From assembly GCF_030013205.1 (NCBI RefSeq), contig NZ_CP122648.1: a stretch of 64,000 bases of DNA; one strand, 5' to 3'. Under the pieces are notes generated by a model that had not been told where the DNA came from, did not search any database, and saw nothing but the letters and a program-made list of their open reading frames with translations. Position numbers and translations under genes: made by a program. Positions within the stretch are counted from its first letter, which is position 1; the number at the start of each line of letters is the position of its first letter. The DNA comes from Escherichia coli (lineage in GTDB: Bacteria; Pseudomonadota; Gammaproteobacteria; Enterobacterales; Enterobacteriaceae). Below are positions 46,982 through 56,282 of the stretch, one piece after another.

Positions 46982-48918
46982 AACCCACTTTATATACTGC
47001 TACTGGTGAGTGCGTTACGCCAGGCCGTGAACTGGGCAAAGGTGGCGAAGGCGCGGTTTATGATATCGAGGAGTTTGCCGATAGCGTCGCCAAGATTTAT
47101 CACACGCCGCCACCCGCCTTAAAACAGGACAAACTTGCCTTTATGGCTGCGACAGCTGACGCACAGTTGCTGAATTATGTCGCCTGGCCGCAGGCAACGC
47201 TTCACGGTGGACGAGGCGGAAAAGTTATTGGTTTTATGATGCCAAAAGTTTCTGGTAAAGAACCGATTCATATGATCTATAGCCCGGCACATCGTCGTCA
47301 ACGTTACCCTCATTGTGCGTGGGATTTTCTACTCTATGTTGCGCGCAATATTGCTTCATCTTTTGCTACGGTTCACGAGCACGGGCATGTCGTGGGTGAC
47401 GTAAACCAGAACAGCTTTATGGTAGGCCGTGACAGCAAAGTGGTGTTGATTGATAGCGACTCCTTTCAGATTAACGCCAATGGCACGCTGCATTTATGCG
47501 AAGTCGGCGTGTCGCATTTTACGCCGCCAGAGCTGCAAACATTGCCATCATTTGTCGGTTTTGAACGTACCGCGAATCACGATAATTTTGGCCTTGCGTT
47601 GCTGATTTTTCACGTCTTGTTTGGTGGGCGGCATCCTTATTCCGGTGTACCGCTTATCTCTGATGCGGGTAATGCGCTGGAGACGGATATTGCCCATTTC
47701 CGTTATGCCTACGCGTCAGATAATCAGCGACGTGGTTTAAAACCGCCGCCACGATCGATTCCGCTGTCGATGTTACCGGGCGATGTTGAAGCCATGTTTC
47801 AGCAGGCATTCACGGAAAGTGGCGTGGCAACCGGGCGTCCGACGGCAAAAGCGTGGGTAGCGGCACTTGATTTACTACGCCAACAGTTAAAGAAATGTAC
47901 CGTTTCGGCAATGCATGTTTACCCCGCTCATTTGACTGACTGCCCGTGGTGTGCGCTGGATAATCAAGGCGTTATCTATTTTATTGATCTCGGCGAAGAG
48001 GTCATTACCACCGGCGGGAATTTTGTGCTGGCGAAAGTCTGGGCGATGGTGATGGCGTCAGTAGCACCGCCAGCATTGCAATTGCCATTACCCGATCATT
48101 TCCAGGCTGCTGGCAGGCCGCTTCCTTTAGGCCTGTTACGGCGCGAATACATCATTCTGATTGAGATCGCACTGTCAGCGTTATCGCTGTTGCTTTGCGG
48201 CCTTCAGGCAGAACCGCGTTATATCATTTTGGTTCCCATGCTGGCGGCTATCTGGATTATTGGCAGCCTGACAAGCAAAGCGTACAAAGCAGAAATCCAG
48301 CAACGCCGTGAGGCATTTAATCGCGCGAAAATGGACTATGACCATTTAGTCAGCCAGATCCAACAGTTGGGCGGGCTGGAAGGTTTTATCGCCAAACGGA
48401 CGATGCTCGAAAAAATGAAGGACGAAATTCTTGGGTTACCGGAAGAAGAAAAACGTGCTCTGGCAGCACTTCAGGACACCGCAAGGGAACGGCAGAAGCA
48501 GAAGTTTCTGGAGGGATTTTTTATTGATGTTGCCTCTATTCCCGGCGTTGGCCCTGCGCGTAAAGCTGCGTTACGGTCCTTTGGTATTGAAACGGCGGCA
48601 GACGTTACCCGACGGAGCGTTAAGCAAGTGAAAGGTTTTGGTGATCATCTGACCCAGGCGGTTATCGACTGGAAAGCGAGTTGCGAACGCCGTTTTGTTT
48701 TCAGGCCGAACGAAGCGGTAACGCCTGCAGACAGACAAGCGGTAATGGCAAAAATGGCCGCCAAACGACATCGGCTGGAATCGGCGCTGACTGTCGGTGC
48801 GACAGAGTTGCAGCGATTCCGCCTTCATGCTCCAGCACGGACCATGCCGTTGATGGAACCGTTACGTCAGGCGGCAGAAAAACTGGCTCAGGCGCAGGCT
48901 GATTTAAGCCGCTGCTGA
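46978..48918 (+). CDS. yegI: Membrane-anchored atypical Ser/Thr kinase with C-terminal helix-hairpin-helix repeats
   Basis: ATG 46978 overlaps the yegK stop (ATGA); an alternative GTG is at 46969. Gly-loop GKGGEGAVY, then VAKIYH, GDVNQNSF, LIDSDSF. Two hydrophobic TM-like segments. HhH-like IPGVGPARKAALRSFGIETAADV and VKGFGDHLTQAVIDW. Confidence 0.85.
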   Translation: MKPTLYTATGECVTPGRELGKGGEGAVYDIEEFADSVAKIYHTPPPALKQDKLAFMAATADAQLLNYVAWPQATLHGGRGGKVIGFMMPKVSGKEPIHMIYSPAHRRQRYPHCAWDFLLYVARNIASSFATVHEHGHVVGDVNQNSFMVGRDSKVVLIDSDSFQINANGTLHLCEVGVSHFTPPELQTLPSFVGFERTANHDNFGLALLIFHVLFGGRHPYSGVPLISDAGNALETDIAHFRYAYASDNQRRGLKPPPRSIPLSMLPGDVEAMFQQAFTESGVATGRPTAKAWVAALDLLRQQLKKCTVSAMHVYPAHLTDCPWCALDNQGVIYFIDLGEEVITTGGNFVLAKVWAMVMASVAPPALQLPLPDHFQAAGRPLPLGLLRREYIILIEIALSALSLLLCGLQAEPRYIILVPMLAAIWIIGSLTSKAYKAEIQQRREAFNRAKMDYDHLVSQIQQLGGLEGFIAKRTMLEKMKDEILGLPEEEKRALAALQDTARERQKQKFLEGFFIDVASIPGVGPARKAALRSFGIETAADVTRRSVKQVKGFGDHLTQAVIDWKASCERRFVFRPNEAVTPADRQAVMAKMAAKRHRLESALTVGATELQRFRLHAPARTMPLMEPLRQAAEKLAQAQADLSRC

Positions 48919-48930
48919 GCCATTTTTCAA

Positions 48931-50283
48931 TTAACGAAACACCACTTCCGCCCAGCGTGCCAGCCCGGCGGTGACGGAGCCAAAGTCATCGCCGCCTGCA
49001 ATCGGAATGCCCGGCAACTGTTCTGCCAGCGCTTTTTTAATCAGCGGCGAACGGGCGCTACCGCCGGTCAGGTAGATGACATCCGGTTTTTCCTGGGCGT
49101 TATCCAGGGCCAGTTGCACCTGTTCCAGAATCCGCATCAGTGGCTGGTTGAGGGCGCTTTCCAGCCCTTGCTGGCTAATCAGCGTAGCCAGTTCATCGCT
49201 GATAAACGGCAGTGAGGCGCGGGTTTCCGCTACGCTTGAAAGCGCAATTTTGCTCTCTTCTGCGCTACGTACCAGGCGATAGCTTAAACGCTGACGCCAG
49301 ACTTTCTGTAACAGGGCCACTTTTTCCGGTTCGCGGGCATCGCGTACCAGATCGTTAAGCAGACGACCGTTGGCACTACTGTAGAAATCACTTTGCGCAG
49401 GTACGTCGTTGATGGCAACCGCATTCCACCACGGCAGAATCGGCAGGGCGATGCCTTTTTCGGTTTCGCCCCCCATGCCCAGTAACGGCATCAGGTTTTT
49501 AAACGCCAGTGCGATATCCAGATCGTTACCGCCAATACGGCAACCACTGTGACCCAGCAGGCTGGCTTCACGATCGAGACGCGAACGCCACTGCGGCCCC
49601 ATCAGCAGCAATGAACAGTCAGTCGTACCACCGCCGATATCCACCACCAGCACCCGTTTTTCTTCCTGCAAAGTCGCTTCGTAATCCAGCCCTGCCGCTA
49701 CCGGCTCGTACTGGAATACCACATCCTTAAACCCGGCACGCTTCGCCGCGCGTTCCAGAATCCCCTGCGCCTGGGTGTTTGCTTCATCGCCGCCAAGCCC
49801 CTGGAAGTTGATCGGGCGACCAATCACTGCCTGAGTAATTGCCTCCGGCAGTTGAGCCTGCGCCTGCTGGCGAATGTGCAACATCATTGCGCAGACCAGA
49901 TCCTCAAACAGCGCTACCTGCTGCGGTTTTAAGCCGCTGGCACCGAGGAACGATTTTGGTGATTTCACAAACCACACTTCTTCTGGATCATCAATGTACT
50001 GTGCCAGTGAGGAAAGACCGAACTGCACGCTTTTCGCCGTAACATCGATATCTTCTTCGCGGTTATAACGAATCGCCCGACGCAACAGCGCCTGCGTTTC
50101 ATCGTCGTCTGCCGGAACATCATGATGGCGGTACAGCCATTCGCTTACCGCTTCACGCGTTGGCGCGCAAAGCATTGAAGGCAGCAGCGTGCTGTCGTTT
50201 TCCATTTTCAGTAATTGCGGCTTACCGTCGCGCATGACCGCCACTGAACAGTTTGCTGTACCGTAATCAAAACCAATAAACAC
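48931..50283 (-). CDS. yegD: Hsp70/actin-fold ATPase (DnaK-like, lacks a substrate-binding domain)
   Basis: 450 aa from GTG 50283 (VFIGFDYGTANCSVAVMRDGK...). The track ORF has a 22-aa extension. Confidence 0.85.
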   Translation of the reverse strand: MFIGFDYGTANCSVAVMRDGKPQLLKMENDSTLLPSMLCAPTREAVSEWLYRHHDVPADDDETQALLRRAIRYNREEDIDVTAKSVQFGLSSLAQYIDDPEEVWFVKSPKSFLGASGLKPQQVALFEDLVCAMMLHIRQQAQAQLPEAITQAVIGRPINFQGLGGDEANTQAQGILERAAKRAGFKDVVFQYEPVAAGLDYEATLQEEKRVLVVDIGGGTTDCSLLLMGPQWRSRLDREASLLGHSGCRIGGNDLDIALAFKNLMPLLGMGGETEKGIALPILPWWNAVAINDVPAQSDFYSSANGRLLNDLVRDAREPEKVALLQKVWRQRLSYRLVRSAEESKIALSSVAETRASLPFISDELATLISQQGLESALNQPLMRILEQVQLALDNAQEKPDVIYLTGGSARSPLIKKALAEQLPGIPIAGGDDFGSVTAGLARWAEVVFR

Positions 50284-50356
50284 GAAATAATCCCCATGCC
50301 GGTGAAGAAGGGGCGTGACTTTAGCGAAATGTTGCCGTCGCGACAACCGGAATATG

Positions 50357-50369
50357 AAAGCAAAGCGTA
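50357..50369 (+). promoter_or_regulatory. Ada-box-like sequence in the alkA promoter
   Basis: GAAAGCAAAGCGTA lies about 50 bp upstream of the alkA ATG and resembles the Ada-binding AAAGCGCA-type box with one mismatch, from memory. Confidence 0.4.
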
Positions 50370-50416
50370 GCGTCTGAATAACGTTTATGCTGAAAGCGGA
50401 TTAACAAGGAGATGCG

Positions 50417-51274
50417 ATGTATACCTTGAACTGGCAGCCGCCGTATGACTGGTCGTGGATGTTGGGATTTCTCGCCGCCCGTGCGGTGAACGGTGTGGAA
50501 ACGGTCGCTGACGATTATTATGCCCGTAGTCTGGCGGTGGGCGAATATCGTGGCGTGGTGACTGCTATTCCGGATATAGCCAGCCATACTCTGCACATAA
50601 ATTTAAGAGCAGGTTTAGAACCCGTTGCCGCTGAGTGTCTGGCGAAAATGAGCCGCCTGTTTGATCTGCAATGTAACCCGCAGATTGTTAACGGTGCGTT
50701 GGGCAAGTTAGGCGCGGCACGGCCCGGATTGCGTTTACCCGGTTGTGTTGATGCTTTTGAGCAGGGCGTGCGGGCGATTTTAGGCCAGCTGGTGAGCGTG
50801 GCGATGGCGGCAAAATTGACCGCCAGAGTGGCACAGCTTTATGGCGAACGGCTGGATGATTTTCCGGATTATGTCTGCTTCCCCACGCCTCAGCGGCTAG
50901 CTGCAGCCGACCCGCAGGCATTAAAAGCGTTAGGTATGCCGTTGAAACGGGCAGAGGCACTGATTCATCTGGCAAATGCGGCGCTGGAGGGCACCTTACC
51001 AATGACAATACCGAGCGATGTGGAGCAGGCGATGAAAACGCTGCAAACTTTTCCGGGTATCGGGCGCTGGACGGCGAATTATTTCGCCTTACGTGGCTGG
51101 CAGGCGAAAGATGTTTTCCTGCCGGATGATTATCTGATTAAACAGCGATTTCCGGGAATGACACCGGCACAAATCCGCCGTTATGCCGAACGCTGGAAGC
51201 CCTGGCGTTCTTATGCGCTGTTGCATATCTGGTATACGGAAGGCTGGCAACCAGACGGAACGGACGAATTGTAG
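50417..51274 (+). CDS. alkA: 3-methyladenine DNA glycosylase II
   Basis: 285-aa ORF (MYTLNWQPPYDWSWMLGFLAARAV...) containing an HhH-GPD motif (FPGIGRWTANYFALRG). Confidence 0.95.
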   Translation: MYTLNWQPPYDWSWMLGFLAARAVNGVETVADDYYARSLAVGEYRGVVTAIPDIASHTLHINLRAGLEPVAAECLAKMSRLFDLQCNPQIVNGALGKLGAARPGLRLPGCVDAFEQGVRAILGQLVSVAMAAKLTARVAQLYGERLDDFPDYVCFPTPQRLAAADPQALKALGMPLKRAEALIHLANAALEGTLPMTIPSDVEQAMKTLQTFPGIGRWTANYFALRGWQAKDVFLPDDYLIKQRFPGMTPAQIRRYAERWKPWRSYALLHIWYTEGWQPDGTDEL

Positions 51275-51295
51275 GCCTGATACGCCGCATCAGGC
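51271..51295. repeat. REP-like palindrome between convergent alkA and yegE
   Basis: GTAGGCCTGATACGCCGCATCAGGC. Confidence 0.5.
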
Positions 51296-51311
51296 GATGG
51301 GGAAGCACGCC

Positions 51312-54300
51312 TTAGTTAATCGCGAAATAACTGCTATTCACCAGCAAATCCAGCGGTTGGGCATCGGCAATCACATCGCCATAAATCAGATCGACGCCGA
51401 TGCCAGAAAGCGTATCCATCACCAGGGGTAAAACTACTGGCCCGGCGATGGTCTTCATCCCGAGCCGCTGAGCGTGCCCCTGAATGATCGTAATCAGCAT
51501 CTCATCCATCAAATTTCCCTGCACGTTGGCGCATAACTCACCATCAAGTAGCAGGTAATCTGCCATATTCGCTTTCAGCGAGTTGAAGATTTGCAGATCG
51601 CGGCCCACCTGACTGAATACGATCCGACATCCCGCCAGCCGCAGTTTTTGCACGCTTTCTGCGTGATCTAAAATCGCGTCTGCCGGAATAATCAGATGTA
51701 ATAACCGTGGTGGTAGAGGGCTATTTTCCAGCTGCTCAATTAGTTCATTCACCAGCGTGGCGCTACTCAAACCGGCAACGGAAAGGGGGAGGGCGATACT
51801 TAAGCCTTTACTGGCAATCGCTTTTGCGGCCTGCTGGAAAAAATCGTGGAATACCCGTCGGTCAAGAGCATGGCTAAGTGCCGGATCGCTGAAACTACGA
51901 CGAAATGTTTGTTCATCAATAATCTCGCCTTCGCAACTCCAGAGCTTAAGTGAAATCAGCCACAAATTACGCGCTTCCGGGATCCGCGGCGAAGCGACAC
52001 CGTGGGCGATCATCATCAACTGATTCTCTTTAATCATCCGCCACTGTTCATCAAGCGATATCGCCGCCCGTTCGCTATGTGCGGCAGCTTGCTGCGGTTC
52101 GTAAACCGTCACCCGGCCCCGTCCACCATTTTTGGAGGCATAACAGGCGATATCAGCCTGTGACATCACTTCAGCCGCCTGATGATTGTTGTCATCAATT
52201 AAGGTAATCCCGGCACTGGCACCTACCCGATGTACACGTCCTTCCCAGATAAAGTGATAGTCATTCACGGCGCTGATAATGCGTGTAGCGATAAAACGCG
52301 CACTTTCGACATTACAATCTGGCAGCAGCAGACCAAATTCATCGCCACCGAGTCGCGCCAGCACGTCGCTGGAGCGCAGCATACTCAGCATCAACGACGC
52401 CAGTTCGCGCAGCAAAGCGTCGCCAGCGGCGTGCCCGGCGCTGTCATTCACCGCTTTAAAGCGATCAAGATCGATAAACACCAGTGCATGTCGCTGATGT
52501 GTACTGTTTACCGTTTGCAGCAGGATGCGTAGTTGCTTCTCAAAACTGGCGCGATTGGCGAGATGCGTCAGTGCATCATGGGAGGCGCTGTAGCTCAGCT
52601 GGCGCAGCATTTTGCGTGATTCGGTGACGTCCTGAATCACCAGAACCGAGCCTATATTGCTGCCGTCCAGAGTACTTAACGGCGTAATACTGTAATGCAC
52701 GTCGTAGCTGCCGCCGCTCCGACAGTGCAACACCACATCTTGTTCAATCGCGGAACGTGAGGTGTCGGCACTGTAAATGTTCTCCATTAATGGTCCGTTG
52801 TCGCCAAAAGTAATATGCAACACCGTCAGGAGCGGAACACCTAATGCTTCTTCCTGCGTCCAGCCGCTCATCTTCTCCGCCACCGGATTCATAAAGGTAA
52901 TTTTCATCGCCATATCAATACAGACCACGGCTTCGCCGATGGAATCCAGCGTAATGTGCAGGCGCTCTTTTTCCTGAAACAATGCCTCGTTAAGCTGTTT
53001 CACTTCGGTCATATCCATATTAATGCCGAGCAGGCGTTCGACTTCGCCTTCTTTATTCAGTACCCGGTTAGCGAGGGCGCGGATATGGCGAATGCCGTGT
53101 TTCACGGTAATGCGAAATTCCAGTTTAAAGGGAGAGCGTGATTGCAATGAATCGCGAATCACTTTTTCGGCGTGCTGGCGATCTTCCGGCAGCACGCACT
53201 CGTACCACACCTGCCAGTTCGGTTTGATATGCGGAGGAATTTCATACAGCTCGAACATCCGCTTATCCCAGCTAAAAATATTCGGCTTTAGCTCCCACTC
53301 CCAGATGCCAATCCCGCCCGCTTCGTTAGCCAGCGTGATGCGCTCCATCAGTTGCTGGTTCACCTGTTCGGTGCGTTTTAGCTCGTTAATGTCTTCAATC
53401 TGAGCGATAAAATAGAGCGGCGTACCATCGGTGTGGCGCACCAGTGAGACGGCAAGCAACGCCCAGACAACATCGCCATTGCGGTTGTAGTAGCGTTTTT
53501 CCATTGAATAGGTGTTTATTTCACCGCTGATCAGCTTTTCAACCTGTTGCAGATCTTTATTGAGATCCTCCGGCCAGGTCAGTTGCTGAAAGGTGAGTCC
53601 GCGCAGTTCTTCCTGACTGTAACCGAGAAACTGGCAGAGTGCTTTGTTGGATTGCAGCCATTGTCCCTCGGTGCCCACTAATGCCATGCCGATGGCGGAA
53701 TATTCCATGGCATTACGAAAACGGGTTTCGCTTTCGGAAATGTGTTTGCGTTCCGCACGAAAGGCATACATCACCATGGTCATGATGTTGGCGGGCAGCA
53801 GGATCAGCAAAAACGGTAGCCACGGCATATGGCTCATCAGATATGTACGCGGCGTAGCAAGCAGGGAGGGATCTGCGGCCATCATCAGCGACACCATCAT
53901 CACCGTGGTAAGGAAGATCAAAAAGGCTTCCATTCGTGGCAGGCGCACGGCGCTCCACATCAACAGCACAATAATGAAAGTAAAAGGCCACGGCAGATAC
54001 AGCATCGAAAGCCAGCTTAACGTCAGTGTGATGGCTAACGTGAGCAGCGACTCAAAAAGCAACCGTGGGTTGCGATGGCGCAGCAGATAGTGTGGTTTAA
54101 ATAACAATCCCAGCGGCACTAGTGCCAGTGCGCCGATGGATTCTGAAAGTACCCATATCAAAAATGCCCTGAGAGGATCGTCTCCGGGCGTCAGCAGGAC
54201 AACCAGAACACCCCCCAACAGAGGCGGAACAATGGCGCTGCCGAGTGCCAGACGCAGCCAGTCAGCCAGATTTTGCAATGGGTTATACCACGGCAGCAAT

Positions 54301-54629
54301 TTACGCAGTAGCACTGCCCCGACCACGGCTTCAACAATATTGATGGTCGTCCAGGTCATGTTCAGCGAGCTGGTGGAAAAAAGCAGGATGGATGCGGCGA
54401 TATTTCCCAGCGAGCAGCTCAGCGCAATTCCCGGCCACATGCGCCCGGCATGGCGATAAAACGCCACCATCATGATGGACGTCGGGAACCACAATGGGGC
54501 GAGTTGGGTGCCAAACTGCGAAAGCTCAAGCGAGAAAAGGGTAAAGATAAACGAGACTAAACCTAAACTGACCAGGTGAAGCAGCGGGTGGGGCAGGGCA
54601 ATTAATACATGCTGTGATTGTTTGCTCAT
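51312..54629 (-). CDS. yegE: MASE1-PAS-GGDEF-EAL(-like) diguanylate cyclase
   Basis: 1105 aa with an N-terminal polytopic membrane domain, PAS repeats, a GGDEF motif (RLGGDEFGLLL) and a C-terminal EAL-like domain. Renamed dgcE. Confidence 0.9.
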   Translation of the reverse strand: MSKQSQHVLIALPHPLLHLVSLGLVSFIFTLFSLELSQFGTQLAPLWFPTSIMMVAFYRHAGRMWPGIALSCSLGNIAASILLFSTSSLNMTWTTINIVEAVVGAVLLRKLLPWYNPLQNLADWLRLALGSAIVPPLLGGVLVVLLTPGDDPLRAFLIWVLSESIGALALVPLGLLFKPHYLLRHRNPRLLFESLLTLAITLTLSWLSMLYLPWPFTFIIVLLMWSAVRLPRMEAFLIFLTTVMMVSLMMAADPSLLATPRTYLMSHMPWLPFLLILLPANIMTMVMYAFRAERKHISESETRFRNAMEYSAIGMALVGTEGQWLQSNKALCQFLGYSQEELRGLTFQQLTWPEDLNKDLQQVEKLISGEINTYSMEKRYYNRNGDVVWALLAVSLVRHTDGTPLYFIAQIEDINELKRTEQVNQQLMERITLANEAGGIGIWEWELKPNIFSWDKRMFELYEIPPHIKPNWQVWYECVLPEDRQHAEKVIRDSLQSRSPFKLEFRITVKHGIRHIRALANRVLNKEGEVERLLGINMDMTEVKQLNEALFQEKERLHITLDSIGEAVVCIDMAMKITFMNPVAEKMSGWTQEEALGVPLLTVLHITFGDNGPLMENIYSADTSRSAIEQDVVLHCRSGGSYDVHYSITPLSTLDGSNIGSVLVIQDVTESRKMLRQLSYSASHDALTHLANRASFEKQLRILLQTVNSTHQRHALVFIDLDRFKAVNDSAGHAAGDALLRELASLMLSMLRSSDVLARLGGDEFGLLLPDCNVESARFIATRIISAVNDYHFIWEGRVHRVGASAGITLIDDNNHQAAEVMSQADIACYASKNGGRGRVTVYEPQQAAAHSERAAISLDEQWRMIKENQLMMIAHGVASPRIPEARNLWLISLKLWSCEGEIIDEQTFRRSFSDPALSHALDRRVFHDFFQQAAKAIASKGLSIALPLSVAGLSSATLVNELIEQLENSPLPPRLLHLIIPADAILDHAESVQKLRLAGCRIVFSQVGRDLQIFNSLKANMADYLLLDGELCANVQGNLMDEMLITIIQGHAQRLGMKTIAGPVVLPLVMDTLSGIGVDLIYGDVIADAQPLDLLVNSSYFAIN

Positions 54630-54946
54630 TACCGCTTTATCCGCAAGACCAGGTCGCCAGTATTCGTTTCTGTGTTTATGCTAGTACAAAAGTTTTACAT
54701 TTTATATGCGAATTGCTCATAAAGTGACGTAAAGGCGGATAATTTGCGCAACTTCGTATAACAATTTTTACCTTGCATTAAAACTGAACAACGTAATTTG
54801 CCACCGGGAATTATTCGTCAACAATTACTCTGAGCGCGCGGCAACGCTATTCGACTGGTATCAGGCGGATGAAATCCCTATAATTGCCGCGTTTGGCGCT
54901 TCGTCGCCCCCTTCCTAACATCCAGGTTAATCAGGTCGCTAAATAT

Positions 54947-55588
54947 ATGACTGATCAGTCTCATCAGTGCGTCATTATCGGTATCGCTGGCGCATCGGCT
55001 TCCGGCAAGAGTCTTATTGCCAGTACCCTTTATCGTGAATTACGTGAGCAAGTCGGTGATGAACACATCGGCGTAATTCCCGAAGACTGCTATTACAAAG
55101 ATCAAAGCCATCTGTCGATGGAAGAACGCGTTAAGACCAACTACGACCATCCTAGCGCGATGGATCACAGCCTGCTGCTTGAGCATTTACAAGCATTGAA
55201 ACGCGGCTCGGCCATTGACCTGCCGGTTTACAGCTATGTTGAACATACGCGTATGAAAGAAACGGTGACGGTTGAGCCGAAGAAAGTCATCATTCTCGAA
55301 GGCATTTTGCTGCTGACGGATGCGCGTTTGCGTGATGAACTTAACTTCTCAATTTTCGTTGATACCCCGCTGGATATCTGCCTGATGCGCCGCATCAAGC
55401 GTGACGTTAACGAGCGTGGGCGTTCAATGGATTCAGTGATGGCGCAATATCAAAAAACCGTGCGTCCGATGTTCCTGCAATTCATTGAGCCTTCTAAACA
55501 ATATGCGGACATTATCGTGCCGCGCGGCGGGAAAAACCGCATCGCCATCGATATATTGAAAGCGAAAATAAGTCAGTTCTTTGAATAA
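54947..55588 (+). CDS. udk: Uridine/cytidine kinase
   Basis: 213 aa from ATG 54947 ([23 protein letters not shown]-loop). The track ORF has a 21-aa extension. Confidence 0.95.
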
Positions 55589-55679
55589 GCTTGATAAATT
55601 GTGTACCGTTCAGTGATAACCTGGTATGCCCTTGACGTAATTGGCGTTAAGGGAGTGATGCGCGAAAGGAGAAAATGCC

Positions 55680-56261
55680 ATGCGTCTGTGTGACCGAGAT
55701 ATTGAAGCCTGGCTTGATGAAGGCCGTTTGTCGATCAACCCACGTCCGCCAGTGGAGCGTATTAACGGCGCGACGGTGGATGTACGCCTGGGCAATAAAT
55801 TTCGTACCTTCCGTGGTCACACGGCAGCGTTTATCGATCTGAGCGGTCCCAAAGATGAAGTGAGCGCCGCGCTTGACCGCGTGATGAGCGATGAGATCGT
55901 TCTCGATGAAAGCGAGGCGTTCTATCTTCACCCAGGAGAGCTGGCGCTGGCGGTGACGCTGGAGTCGGTGACGCTGCCAGCCGATCTGGTGGGCTGGCTG
56001 GACGGGCGTTCCTCATTGGCGCGTCTGGGGCTGATGGTGCACGTCACCGCGCACCGCATCGATCCGGGCTGGTCTGGCTGCATTGTGCTGGAGTTCTACA
56101 ACTCCGGTAAGCTGCCGCTGGCGCTGCGTCCGGGCATGTTAATTGGTGCGCTGAGCTTTGAGCCGCTTTCCGGCCCGGCGGCGCGACCATACAACCGCCG
56201 CGAAGATGCGAAATATCGCAACCAGCAGGGCGCGGTAGCCAGCCGAATCGATAAAGACTAA
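55680..56261 (+). CDS. dcd: dCTP deaminase
   Basis: 193-aa ORF ([23 protein letters not shown]...). Confidence 0.95.
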   Translation: MRLCDRDIEAWLDEGRLSINPRPPVERINGATVDVRLGNKFRTFRGHTAAFIDLSGPKDEVSAALDRVMSDEIVLDESEAFYLHPGELALAVTLESVTLPADLVGWLDGRSSLARLGLMVHVTAHRIDPGWSGCIVLEFYNSGKLPLALRPGMLIGALSFEPLSGPAARPYNRREDAKYRNQQGAVASRIDKD

Positions 56262-56282
56262 TTCAGGCCCATTGAGGATACC

